DNA of 64,000 bases from an uncultured Planctomycetota bacterium (GTDB lineage Bacteria > Planctomycetota > Planctomycetia > Isosphaerales > Isosphaeraceae). This document shows positions 37,501 through 47,943 of the stretch, one piece after another. Where the stretch lies: the NCBI GenBank assembly GCA_963845755.1, contig CAWJTV010000024.1, positions 128,001 to 192,000 of the forward strand. The letters are read 5' to 3'. Position 1 is the stretch's first letter. The number at the start of each line of letters is the position of its first letter. The notes beneath the pieces are model-generated. The model was not told the origin of the DNA and did no database searches. It was given only the letters and a program-made list of their open reading frames with translations. A program made the translations under genes and the position numbers.

Positions 37501-39081
37501 GGGTGGCGACGTTCCCGGGTCTGTCGCTGGACGTGGCGGCGTCGGGCTACACGATCGCGGCGACGACGTCGGGATTGAATCCGGGTGGGACGACACCGAT
37601 CGACGTGGTGGCGGGGACGGCGACGCAATTGGTGTTGACGGTGGCGGCGCCGACGGTGATGACGGCGGGAGCGGACTTCGGCCTGGCGATCTCGGCGGAG
37701 GACGGCTACGGGAACGTGTTCAACGGGATTCACGGGGACGATCACGCTGTCGCTGTCGAACAACCCGGGGGATGCGACGCTCCGCGGGGGCGCGCTGTCG
37801 AAGCCGGCGGTGGGCGGGGTGGTGAATTTCGGCCCGGCGTTGACGCTGGACGAGGCGTCGTCGGGTTATACGTTGCAGGCGACCAGCGGCGTCCTGACGA
37901 GCGTGACGACGGGTGGGATCACGGTGGTGCCGGGAGTGGCGACGCACCTGGTGGTGGAGGCGGAGCCGCCGTCGTCGGTGACGTCGGGTCAGGGATTCGG
38001 GCTGGTGGTGGCGGCGACGGACCCGTTCGGCAACGTGAATCCGAACTACGCGGGTACGGTGGTGGTGACGGCGCCGTCGGGTACGGGTGCGAGCGTGGGG
38101 GGCAAGACGACGGTGACGACCGTCGGTGGCGTGGCGACGTTCGCGGGCCTGACGCTCGCCGGAGCGAGTGCGCCGGTGTCGTTGCAGTTGAACAGCAGCG
38201 GTTTGACGGGGACGACGACGACGGCGGTGGGCCTGGCCGGGCCATCGCAGTTGGCGTTCGCCAGCAGTGGGCTGAGCGTGGATGAGACGTCGGGGTCGGC
38301 GGCGTTGCAGGTGTTGCGGACCGGCAGCCTGAGTCAGTCGGTGACGGTGGAGGTGTTGACGTCCGGGGGCACGGCGGTGGCGGGAGTGAACTACACGTCG
38401 GTGAACCAGGAGCTGACGTTCGCGGCGGGCCAGGCGTCGCAAACGATCATGATCCCTGTGAAGAACGCAGGGTCGCTGGCGTCGCCGTTGACGGTGAACG
38501 TGGTGTTGAGCAGCCCCGGGGGGAGCGGAGCGTCGCTGGGGAGTCCGTCATCATCGACGCTGACGATCCTCAATGCGGGCCAGTCGGCGCCACCGCCGAC
38601 CTCGACCTCGCCGGTGACGCTGGGGAGCGTGGAGATCGTCAAGAAGAAGGGGAAGGTGAAGGAGGTCGTGCTGGGGTTCAGCGGAGGCCTGAACGGATCC
38701 GAGGCGACGAGCATCGGCGAGTACGAGCTGCTGGTGGCGGGGAAGCATGGGTCGTTCACGGCGAAGAATGCGAAGGTACTGAAGCTGAAGTCGGCGGTGT
38801 ACAACGGAACGACCCATACGGTGTCGCTGACGCCGAAGAAGGGATTCGTGCTGAAGAAGCCTGTGGAGCTGATCGTCAATGGCGAGGGGCCGTCGGGTCT
38901 GGAGGACAGTTCGGGTCGGCTGATCGACGGCAACGACGACGGTCAGGCGGGGGGCAACGCGGTGGCGGTCCTGACGCGTCAGGGAGCGAGGATCAGTGCC
39001 TTGACCGCGCGGACGGCGGCGGTGGATGCGATCCTCGCACAGGGTGAGTTGGTGGCCGTCACCAGAGCTCCGAAGCAGTGA
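31595..39081 (+). CDS. Secreted surface protein copy 2 (about 2,494 aa; +1 frameshifts near 34280 and 37720), paralog of 23793-31275
   Basis: Same architecture. ORFs 31526-34285, 34380-38285 and 37810-39081 tile onto copy 1. Confidence 0.87.
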
Positions 39082-39117
39082 TCCCTTTCCCCCTCGTGGG
39101 CGAAGGCAGCCCCGGGA

Positions 39118-39162
39118 AAGGCTGAAGGCTGAGTCATCCGACCCGACTCAGCCTTCAGCCTT
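39118..39162. terminator. Perfect 18-bp inverted repeat between convergent genes
   Basis: AAGGCTGAAGGCTGAGTC-9 nt-GACTCAGCCTTCAGCCTT, overlapping the stop of the peptidase gene. Confidence 0.65.
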
Positions 39163-40340
39163 GATCCTTCATCCGGTTGTACTTCTTGAGGATCTCTCTC
39201 AATCGTTCGTGTGGGATGGCATGAACGGTGTTTCCGTCGATTCCCTTCATCGTCTCTGCGGCGATCATCGCGTTAGCGATCGCTTCCTCGGTCGCGTTGA
39301 CGGTCGCCTGGAGCAGGGGGTTGATCCGTTCATTGGGCAGCATGGTCAATTGGGCGGTGCCGGTCGTCTTGCCGGCCTCGGGGTTGGCCGAGGAGAACGC
39401 GATGAAGATGTCGCCCGAACTGTTCTCACCCCGGCCGCCCATGAGACCGATACCGATCGGCACACGTCTGGCCAACCGTTTGAGCTGATGGGGCAGGAGG
39501 GGTGCATCGGTCGCGACGACGACGATAATCGACCCCTGGCCCGAGTCGGCTTGCCCGCGTTCCGGCATCAGATCGGTGATCTCTCGGCCCACCGGGACGC
39601 CCGCGATTCGCAACGACTCGCGCCGGCCGTAATTCGCCTGGACCAGGACGCCGACCGTGTATCCACCTTCATCCGGCCCGATGACCCGGGATGACGTGCC
39701 GGTCCCCCCCTTGAAGCGATGGGCGACCATGCCGGTCCCACCCCCCACGTTCCCTTCGGCGATCCGTCCCGACCGGGCGCCGTCCAGCGCCGCGAAGACA
39801 TGGTCCTTCCGCACGTGGAAGCCGTTGATGTCGTTCAGGAACCCGTCCCAGGTCTCGGTGACCAGCGGGAGGCTGAAATCGCCGGAATACTCCTGGCTCG
39901 CACCCTGTTTGACGTTCCACTCAATCACCGCGTCCCGGACGACGCCGACGCTGTGCGTGTTGGTGATCAGGATCGGCGTCCCCAGGCATCCGGATTCCTC
40001 GACCCAGGTGGTCCCGGTCATCTCGCCGTTGCCGTTGAGCGAGTACCAGGCGGCGAAGACCCGGCCGTGGTCGGACTTCCCCCGCGGTAGGATGGCCGTG
40101 ACGCCCGTCCGGACCGGCCCTTTCCCGACGACGAGCTTCCCGTTACCGGAGATTAGCGTCGTATAGCCGACCTCGACGCCCTTTATGTCGGTGATCGCGT
40201 TGAAAACCCCCGGCGAACCCTCGAACGGGATGCCGAGGTCCCGCGCGGGGCCTCGCCGGTTGCGCCAGGCAAGTCCTCACCGTGAAGACACAATGAACCG
40301 CGAGTATGAAGCTCAGGATGATTGAGTCATGAATTTTCAT
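39155..40340 (-). CDS. dmpA: DmpA/P1-family (S58) aminopeptidase with signal peptide; frameshift near 40245
   Basis: RARDLGIPF..NAITDI.GVEVG, LTNTHSVG-like, EGNVGGGTGM, VGVLVQANYG, autocleavage site G/SIIVVVATDAPL, SGDIFIAFS. Confidence 0.88.
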
Positions 40341-40584
40341 GATTAACGTGCTTGGATTGGTTGCCTGGATTCGACCGCGGACTCGCGAGCGACGCGATGT
40401 CCTTGGCTTCGGGTGGCTCAGCTTAGCATCATGGGGGACAAGATGCCACCAACGGCTCGCACTGTCGCGGGTCGCGCTATAGAATAAGGATGAGTGACCC
40501 ATGCGTGATGTGGCGCGGAGTGCCAGCCCCAGCCTCCTCTTCGCCTTCCCCTGTCGACAAGCCTTTGATATAAGGGTCGAACCG

Positions 40585-41196
40585 ATGCCTGAGGCAAAGG
40601 GCCATGAAGGTCTCCAGGTCGATCGGGAGCATGAAGCGAGTCCACCGGCTACAGGACAGGATCGGCCGGTTCCCTTGGACACTCTGCTTCTTGAGCTCGA
40701 TGATCAGCTCGAACACATTGCGGCCAAGGCGTCGTACTACTCCGATGACGACCCTTTGCTCTCCCGCATAGCGATGAGAGCTGTTCTGGAACTCGCCAAG
40801 CGCTGGCTGGAGGACACCGAGTCGGGGTCCACTCACGCCTCGAGTCGCGAGCGATCCACTGCGCGAATCGATGACGCATGGAGACGTGCCATGATTGAAG
40901 CCCAAGGACAGGCGCGGCGGGGCTCGTCGGCCGACGACGAAACGAAGGGTACCGTGGATGTCTCCGTTGCAGCACTGGCCGAAGAGATGGCAACGTATCG
41001 ACGCTGCCTGCCGGAGTTGCTTCGCGAGCACGAAGGCGAATTCGTCCTGATCAAGGGAACCGAGATCGCTGGCATCTTTCCCGATCGTTCCGCGGGTCTC
41101 AGGGAAGGCTACCGTCGATTCGGTATTGTCCCCTTACTGGTCAGGCAGATCACCGCATCCGATCCGGCAGTCTATCTCCCCAACGTGGTGCTCTGA
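40585..41196 (+). CDS. Hypothetical protein with C-terminal DUF5678-like domain (start uncertain)
   Basis: EMATYRRCLPELLREHEGEFVLIKGTEIAGIF...GYRRFG..PLLVRQI, directly upstream of an aspartyl protease. Confidence 0.55.
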   Translation: MPEAKGHEGLQVDREHEASPPATGQDRPVPLDTLLLELDDQLEHIAAKASYYSDDDPLLSRIAMRAVLELAKRWLEDTESGSTHASSRERSTARIDDAWRRAMIEAQGQARRGSSADDETKGTVDVSVAALAEEMATYRRCLPELLREHEGEFVLIKGTEIAGIFPDRSAGLREGYRRFGIVPLLVRQITASDPAVYLPNVVL

Positions 41197-41200
41197 TCCC

Positions 41201-41647
41201 ATGCCGCGCCTCGAAGTTCCGGTCGGCCCGGACGGGCCGATTATCGACGTCAGGCTTTGGGTGAGCCCCGAGCAGAGTGACCTCTTGGTCTCCAGCGGTT
41301 TCCCGATTCCCCCACCACTCTCGGTCGCGGGGCTGGTGGACACGGGCGCCCAGTGGACAGCGATTCCGCGCCCGCTCGCCGAGGGGATAGGTCTCAATGT
41401 TTCTGATTGGAAAAAGCTCTGCTCCTCGGCTTTCGGCGATGAGGAGCGTGAGGCCCCGGTCTATCAGGTCCGCATGACCTTCGGATCCTTCGATGCGCCG
41501 GGTCCGCCGAATTGGCGGACCATCCTTGTCGTCGGAGTCACGACCATCGTTTCACCCGGGGCCATCGTCCTGATCGGACGGGATCTGTTGGGGACGTGTC
41601 GCTTCACATATGATGGCCGTAAGCGGCGTTTGATGATGTCATATTAA
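41201..41647 (+). CDS. Retropepsin-like (clan AA) aspartyl protease
   Basis: GLVDTGA catalytic motif and LIGRDLL motif. Confidence 0.8.
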   Translation: MPRLEVPVGPDGPIIDVRLWVSPEQSDLLVSSGFPIPPPLSVAGLVDTGAQWTAIPRPLAEGIGLNVSDWKKLCSSAFGDEEREAPVYQVRMTFGSFDAPGPPNWRTILVVGVTTIVSPGAIVLIGRDLLGTCRFTYDGRKRRLMMSY

Positions 41648-41665
41648 TATTAACATTTGTAATGA

Positions 41666-41947
41666 TCAACGGTTAACCATTTTCACCCCGTGGGCGTCGT
41701 AGCGATTGCCGGCCACGGCCCGCCGGGGCAAGCCGTAGGCAACGACGGAAACACCCAGCTCGCGCAGGGCCGGCAGCGTCTCGCCCTCGATGTCGCGGGT
41801 GAGCACGGCGTACTCGGTCTCCAGGGCCGCGATCGGGTGGACGGCATGCGCCCGTCGCACCGTCGCCGCCGACATCTCGGAAACACCGACGTGACGGACA
41901 TACCCGGCTTTCACCAGCTCGGCCTTGCCCAGTTGGCGTTGCTCCAT
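41666..41947 (-). pseudogene. Aldo/keto reductase remnant with two internal deletions
   Basis: N-terminus MEQRQLGK fused to mid-protein [15 protein letters not shown]...[16 protein letters not shown]...VVAYG, fused to the C-terminus AVAGNRY. Confidence 0.8.
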
Positions 41948-41950
41948 CGT

Positions 41951-42181
41951 TCAGGCTCCCTCGACCACGGAATAGGTATTCGCCATCTCCCGCTTCAGCT
42001 TGCCGGCCTTGACCAGCTCTTCCCAGATCCCGGGCGGATGCCCGGGCGGGGGAGTAATTCCCGTGATCCCCGACTTCTTGCCGCCGCCCCGGCTCAGGCC
42101 GGACTCGTCGTCGAGCCGGGCCAGTTTCAGCTTCTTCTTGATGGCCTTCAGGGCCTTCTTGAGTTCTTCTTCCGTCGCCAT
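41951..42181 (-). CDS. Small basic hypothetical protein (76 aa)
   Basis: ATG with GGAGG RBS, clean codon usage, KKKLKLARLDDES...ITPP...WEELVKAGKL. Confidence 0.7.
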   Translation of the reverse strand: MATEEELKKALKAIKKKLKLARLDDESGLSRGGGKKSGITGITPPPGHPPGIWEELVKAGKLKREMANTYSVVEGA

Positions 42182-42225
42182 GGGGACCTCCGATCGCTCC
42201 GGGAACTCCTCGCGTCCGACTGGAC

Positions 42226-43323
42226 TCAATACGCATCCGCGCTGATGACTTCTCCGCCCTGGATGGTGCCGAGAGCCCTCCATGTCATGCCGTCAACCGT
42301 GGACTTGACGAACCGCACGCTGCCATCGGCGAGCAGGGCGTTGACGCCGCCGGGGTGGTAGCTCCGGGCGGTGATCGCTCCGTACAGCGGCTGGTCTCTG
42401 CTGATCAGGAGCGTCAAGATGTCGAGGTCGGCGAGACTGGTGGGGTTGATGGCCGCCTTGTTGGGCGGGAAGGCTGTGGTCATCCCCGTCTCCTGGGAGT
42501 TGCCGTCGACCCAGGCGGTGTGGCCCTGGCCCGGAGGGATGGCGTTGCACGCGGCGACCGAGGTGTATTCCGCCGCGACCGACAAGGGGTTGGCATAGGG
42601 GGAGGGCAGGGGGGCCGTCGGCGAGCTGAGGTTCGCCTCGGAGAACGGCCCGCCCACCTGGCAGAACGGATTGAGCGCCTTGACGTCCGTGGCCAGGAGC
42701 GTCTGGCTCGTGCCGTCGGTGAACTCGGCGATCCGCCGGCTCAGGTTGGGGCCGAAGACGCCGCGGGTGTTCGGTCCATTGTTGGCGCCGCTGGCGGACA
42801 GGGCGTTCCAGATGAACCAGTCGCCTTCGTTGAAGCCATAGCACGGCACGCGGGCATTGACGCCCGAGGGGAATGCCGTCAGACCCCCCAGGTTCGGGTC
42901 GCTCGGGCAGAGGAAGCAGGTCAGCGCCAGGCCCACCACCGTCGAATTCTGCACCGTGCGGTGCGTGAAGGAGAAGTTGATCGCGTTGAACGCGACCCCC
43001 TGTTCCATGAACGGCAGGATCCGGGCGTGAACGCTGAAGCCGTTGTAGCTGAACGCCCCGTTGATGATGGTGGCGATGTTCGACGGCGGAAACGCCCCGG
43101 TAATCCCCTCGTAGTTATGCAGCCCCAACCCGATCTGCTTCAGGTTGTTGGTGCACTGGATGCGACGCGCGGCCTCGCGGGCCGATTGCACCGCGGGTAG
43201 GAGGAGCGCAATCAGGACGCTGATGATCGCGATCACGACGAGGAGTTCGATCAGCGTGAAACCCGCCGCCATCGTCCCCCTGGCGCGGGCGGTCTTCGTG
43301 CTCATGCTTTGGGCCCGCACCAT
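42226..43323 (-). CDS. DUF1559 prepilin-type protein (H-X9-DG)
   Basis: [38 protein letters not shown], and [20 protein letters not shown]. Confidence 0.95.
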   Translation of the reverse strand: MVRAQSMSTKTARARGTMAAGFTLIELLVVIAIISVLIALLLPAVQSAREAARRIQCTNNLKQIGLGLHNYEGITGAFPPSNIATIINGAFSYNGFSVHARILPFMEQGVAFNAINFSFTHRTVQNSTVVGLALTCFLCPSDPNLGGLTAFPSGVNARVPCYGFNEGDWFIWNALSASGANNGPNTRGVFGPNLSRRIAEFTDGTSQTLLATDVKALNPFCQVGGPFSEANLSSPTAPLPSPYANPLSVAAEYTSVAACNAIPPGQGHTAWVDGNSQETGMTTAFPPNKAAINPTSLADLDILTLLISRDQPLYGAITARSYHPGGVNALLADGSVRFVKSTVDGMTWRALGTIQGGEVISADAY

Positions 43324-43404
43324 GGTTAAGGATGACCAACTCGGTCGCTATTCCCTATTCTATCACGCCGAAACGGCCGCTGACACGCCCCATCCGCCCG
43401 GAGG

Positions 43405-44523
43405 TCATCCCGGGGATTTCAGGCCGGAGAGGAGTCGAACCGCGTTCTTGGAGTAGAGCTTCTCCAGCACGTCCTTGGGCAGGAAGACCCCGTAGATCAT
43501 CCAGAAGCCTTGCCGGTGGTGTCCGCCGGCCGGGTCGAAGTATTCGTCATCGGTCTCCAGGAACCGATAATAGATCTGGTAGGCTTCGCGATTGGGCCGG
43601 GTGTCGGTCCCGAACATGACCCGATCTTGATACTTCAGGAAGAACCGGCGGGCCGAGTAGGGTTGCCGGCCGAGTTCGGAGATGCGGGCATCGATATCGA
43701 CGTACATGTTCGGATACGCATCGAGCCAGCGCCCGACCTCGGCGAGATCTTCGCCGTCGTTGGCCATGTGGGCGCAGATGAACGTCGTATTCGGGTGGCG
43801 GGCGATCACCCTCATCCGCTGCGCATGCAGCTCGGAGCGCCTGGGGAAGTCCTTGCCGTGGAAGAGCCACTCGGGGTGTTCGTTCAGCTCGTGCCAGCGT
43901 TCGCTGAAGCGGTCGAGCGGCGTGAAGAACGCGCCGGGATCGCCCGTGTGGATCTCGACCGGTCGCTTGTAACGGGCGCAAACCTCCCAGATCGGGTCGA
44001 GCTTCGGGTCGTCGACCGGCACGAGGCGGCCGTCCTTGTAGCGGGCGCCGAGGCCGAGTATCTTGTGGAACTTCAGGCCCTTGGCGCCGGCCTCGAAACT
44101 CTCGGCCAGCCGCGCGGCTTCGCGATCCGACCAGCTCGGCTCGTCGATGCCGGAGAAGTCGATCAGCGCATACGTCAGGAACCGGCCGGGGTGGGCCTCG
44201 TCCAGGGCGGCGATCGTCTCCTTGAGCTGCGGTCCCCAGCCGCCGTCGAGATTGACCACAGTGCGGATGCCCGCCGCGTCCATCTCGGCGAGGTAACTCT
44301 GGACGCGCCGGGGTGTGAGGGTCGCCTTGCCGCCGCCGAGGTGGTTGTGCACGTCGATGACCGGGAATGCCGGCTTGAGGACCTCGGTCGTCTTGGTGAT
44401 CAGCATGGAACGCGGCTGCCAGTCGCGGAGTTTCAACTCCTTGATGTCGTCCTTCGCCTGGCCAAGAGTGATGCGGGGAGCCAGCAACCAAAGGGTGAGG
44501 AACCAACCGACGGATCGGGACAT
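43405..44523 (-). CDS. Secreted amidohydrolase-family (Amidohydro_2) metallo-hydrolase
   Basis: IDVHNH, GLKFHK, IHTGD, CAH and MFGTD motifs, plus a signal peptide. Confidence 0.88.
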   Translation of the reverse strand: MSRSVGWFLTLWLLAPRITLGQAKDDIKELKLRDWQPRSMLITKTTEVLKPAFPVIDVHNHLGGGKATLTPRRVQSYLAEMDAAGIRTVVNLDGGWGPQLKETIAALDEAHPGRFLTYALIDFSGIDEPSWSDREAARLAESFEAGAKGLKFHKILGLGARYKDGRLVPVDDPKLDPIWEVCARYKRPVEIHTGDPGAFFTPLDRFSERWHELNEHPEWLFHGKDFPRRSELHAQRMRVIARHPNTTFICAHMANDGEDLAEVGRWLDAYPNMYVDIDARISELGRQPYSARRFFLKYQDRVMFGTDTRPNREAYQIYYRFLETDDEYFDPAGGHHRQGFWMIYGVFLPKDVLEKLYSKNAVRLLSGLKSPG

Positions 44524-44809
44524 GGCGATCCCCTCGCAGGGTCAGGGCTTCGGGTCCGGGTTTCCTTCGAGTCGCCCTCAGCTTCGGCGAAGCCAGGCGA
44601 GCCGTCAAGAGTTCAGTTTTCCGTGTTCAATGGGTAGAACCAAGGCGGAACGAGGGCGACCTCAATCCGCGCGCGAGCATGCGGGAGCAGGCACTGCAAC
44701 CCAGTCGGAAACTGCCCTCAGTTCGGTGGCCTGTCACCCAGGTCGCCAGCCGCATCGCATGATGGGCGCGAACGTGGCGACGGGATTGCGCCGAGGAGTG
44801 CGCGTGGGG

Positions 44810-46169
44810 TCAGATCAGTTCGCGTATCGGGTCTCGGCGGTCGAGGAGGAAGTGGGGGCGGTTCGTGGCGTCGTAGATCATGGTGTTCTGAACGTCGATG
44901 CCGAGCTGGTGATAGAGGGTGGCGAAGACATCCTGATAATGCACGGGCCGACTCTGCGGTTCCTCGCCCAGGCGGTTGGTCGAACCGATGACCTGGCCCA
45001 TTCGCATGCCGCCGCCGGCCAGGAGGGCGCAGGACGCCCTGGGCCAGTGGTCTCGACCGGCGGATTTGTTGATGCGTGGGGTGCGGCCGAATTCGCCCCA
45101 GGCGATGACGCTGACATCCTGGTCCAGGCCGCGGGCGTGCAAATCTCCGACCAGCGCGGTGATTCCCTGATCGAACTTGTCGAGCTGAGGGGGAAGCTGG
45201 GCGAAGTTGCCGCCATGTCGGTCCCAACTGCCGAAGGAGAGGGTGACGCAACGGGCGCCTGCTTCGACCAGACGCCGAGCCATCAGGAACTGGTCCATCC
45301 AGTGGGGGCCGGCGTCTTCGCCGAAGGCGGGGTCGGCACTGCCACGGCCGTAGCGATCTCGGGTTCTGGGGTCTTCGCGTTCGAGGTCGAGCGCTTCGGC
45401 CAGCTTGCTGGAAGTGAGGACCTCGAAGGCGGCGCGGTTGAAGGCGTCGAGTCCCTGGAAGGTGGCCTGTCGTTCGGCCCCGCGACGGAAGTCGTCGTAG
45501 CTGGCGAGGAGAGTTCGGCGGTCACGCAGGCGGTCCAGGGTATGCGCCGTGAAGTCGCATTTCGGTCATTTCGGGACCGTCGGGGAGAAACGGAGAGTGG
45601 GACATTCCTAGAAAGCCAGGGTCTCCCGGATTGGAATAAGGGAGATGTTTGGTCTTGATCGTGAGTCCGATCGACGGGGGTATGGCCGGATCGATGGGGC
45701 CCTGGAGCTTGGAGAGGACGGAGCCGAGCGAGGGATGGCCGTCCTGTTCGCCTCGTGGACCCCGGGGATAGCCGCTCAAGCACATGTCGGAATTGTGCTG
45801 ATCGGGACTGCCGTAGAGCGAGCGAATGATGGTGAACTTGTCCATCATTCTGGCCAGGCGCGGCATGTGTTCGCAGATTTCGATGCCGGGGACGTTTGTG
45901 GGAATGGGGCGGAAGGAGCCGCGGATCTCGGCCGGGGCGTTCATCTTGAGGTCGTACATGTCCTGGTGTGAGGGGCCGCCGGACAGGTAGATCATGATGA
46001 CGGCTTTGTGCGATCGCGGGCGCGGGCCCAAGGATTCCGTCGCCGCCTGGGCTTTGAGGACCTGGGGCAATGCCAGCCCACCCATGGCCAGGCCGCCGAT
46101 CCTCAGAAAGTGGCGCCGAGAGTGGCCATCGCAATACGCCGCAGGTCTTTGGCCAAGGATGGAAAGCAT
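44810..46169 (-). CDS. DUF1501 protein; frameshift near 45545
   Basis: SRRHFLRIG, IYLSGGPSHQDMYDLK, ARRLVEAG, WD.H, WGEFGRTP, GRDHW. Confidence 0.92.
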
Positions 46170-46695
46170 TGCGTGGTTCTCTCGAGAATGACACGGCGCT
46201 CTCGGTCGCGACTGGCGGGATCGTTTGGGCCCAGTCGGGTTACTTTCGTGAGATTCAAGCACGACTGTCCGGGACGGCTCGAGATCCTGTCATGGACCTC
46301 CGAATTCCTCGTGCCAGCTCACAGTGGAAGGTCATTCTGCGCAAGGAGTGAGGTCTGCCTGGGCCGTCGGATCGCTCGTGGGTGGAGCGGACATCGCTCG
46401 CTGTTACCCCAGTATCGACCTTATTTTAATCCGGTGTTGAATTTTTGTCAAACATGCGATGCGTCGAGAAAACATCCGAGTCTCGCGGCTGGGCCGCGTC
46501 ATCATCGTCGGCGTGATGGCCAACGTCCTGGTTGCGGTCGGCTGGCCGCTCGGGTTGCAAGCGCTGCCGACCCTCCCGGTCTTCCGGACGACCCCTCTCT
46601 TGGCAACTGAACTGGTCGGGCTGGACCAGGAGGGCCAGCGATCGCGTGTTAAGTTTATTGAAGTGGAATCTTCTTATCGATTCTTTCCCCTTTTT

Positions 46696-47868
46696 TCAGG
46701 GCTTGTCCTCGCGGAAGAGCAGGGGGGTCAAGTCGGTCAGGTAGCGGCGCCAGACCATCCAGGTGTGTGCGCCGGGCGTCTCCTTCGAGCTGAACTTGAC
46801 GCCCTTCTCCTTCAGCCAGCCTTCGAGCTTTCGGTGCCGCTGGATCAGGAAGTCCTCGGTGCCACACGCCAGCCAGACTAGCCGGAACTTCGAGCCCGTG
46901 TCTTCGTTCAGCGACGGGAAGTGGCCGGCGTCGTCATCGCCATACATCACGAACGCGCCGCTGAAGGAGCCTACCCAGCCGAAGCGGTCGGGGTGGTTGA
47001 GCCCGATGTAGAGGGACTGCGCGCCGCCCATCGACAGCCCGGCGATCGCGCGCGCGTCGCGGCCCTTCGCCACGCGATAGGACTTCTCCACCCGCGGGAT
47101 CAGCTCGTCGAGCACCGTTCTCGCGAAGTCCTCCAGGCTCTTGCGCTGCGCGGTCGGGTCGCGGAAGAGCCGGAAGATGGTCCCGGGGACGTCCGGAAAG
47201 GCGTACCCGAGCGGCATAACGACCAGCATCGGCCTCGCCTTGCCCCGGGCGATCAGATTGTCGAGGATCACGTGGGCACGGCCGGCGTTCGTCCAGGCGC
47301 TGGCGTCATCGGTGATGCCGTGCAGCAGGTAGAGCACCGGGTACTCGTCCCGTCCGGCGGAGTCGTAGCCGGGCGGCGTGTAGACGTAGAAGTCGCGCCC
47401 CTCGCCGGCGGTAGCCGACTTGTAGAAGTGGTGGTGGAGCGTGCCCCGAGGGACGTCATTGACCTCCCAGCTCAGGTCCGAGGGGCCCGGGACGTGGACG
47501 AGGCTCTGGTTGCCGCCCATGACGATCGGCTTCACCAGCGGGTTGCCCGGGTCGGCCAGCCTGGTGCCGTTGACGTCGAAGCTGTAGGGATAGACGTCGG
47601 GGGGAAGCGGATCGGTCGTGAGGGTCCAGACGCCCTGATCGTCCTTCTGCATGTCCGCGGGCCGGGCACCATCGCGGGCGACGGCCACATTCTTGGCATT
47701 GGGGGCGCGGAAGCGGAAGGTGACGCGTCCGTCCTTCTGGACCTCGGGCGAGCGTACCGGCACCATCGGGCCGCGCGGTCGGCCTTTCACGGGGGCCTGG
47801 CCCAGTACGACGGCTGGGGCGACCGCCAGGAGGGCCGCCGAGAGGAGGGACAGGTTTACGGGTCTCAT
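46696..47868 (-). CDS. Secreted esterase (CE1-like alpha/beta hydrolase with N-terminal CBM48-like domain)
   Basis: VTFRFRAPNA, YVYTPPGY, YPVLYLLHG, AGLSMGG, GAHTW. Confidence 0.9.
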   Translation of the reverse strand: MRPVNLSLLSAALLAVAPAVVLGQAPVKGRPRGPMVPVRSPEVQKDGRVTFRFRAPNAKNVAVARDGARPADMQKDDQGVWTLTTDPLPPDVYPYSFDVNGTRLADPGNPLVKPIVMGGNQSLVHVPGPSDLSWEVNDVPRGTLHHHFYKSATAGEGRDFYVYTPPGYDSAGRDEYPVLYLLHGITDDASAWTNAGRAHVILDNLIARGKARPMLVVMPLGYAFPDVPGTIFRLFRDPTAQRKSLEDFARTVLDELIPRVEKSYRVAKGRDARAIAGLSMGGAQSLYIGLNHPDRFGWVGSFSGAFVMYGDDDAGHFPSLNEDTGSKFRLVWLACGTEDFLIQRHRKLEGWLKEKGVKFSSKETPGAHTWMVWRRYLTDLTPLLFREDKP

Positions 47869-47943
47869 TGCGATCGGCTCCTGTTGTGGAATGGGTCGTC
47901 GGACGACAATCACGGACGTCGGTTCACCGCGGTGCGGCCGGCG

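Larger units (their letters stand above)
23600..39170 (+). repeat. Tandem duplication, unit about 7.8 kb (leader + gene + downstream hairpin)
   Basis: Start codons 7,802 bp apart. Leaders 23600-23792 and 31400-31594 are near-identical, and there are long identical stalk stretches (e.g. 28560-29915 versus 36360-37717). Confidence 0.95.

Noticed and set aside
17085..37725. Programmed frameshifting or phase variation in the surface protein genes
   Set aside because: Runs are only 2-4 nt, sites differ between the paralogs, and similar indels affect unrelated genes across the window.
11763..38933. Long antisense ORFs (e.g. 17012-22402, 25029-27389, 32651-34303)
   Set aside because: Shadow frames caused by high-GC codon bias of the plus-strand genes.
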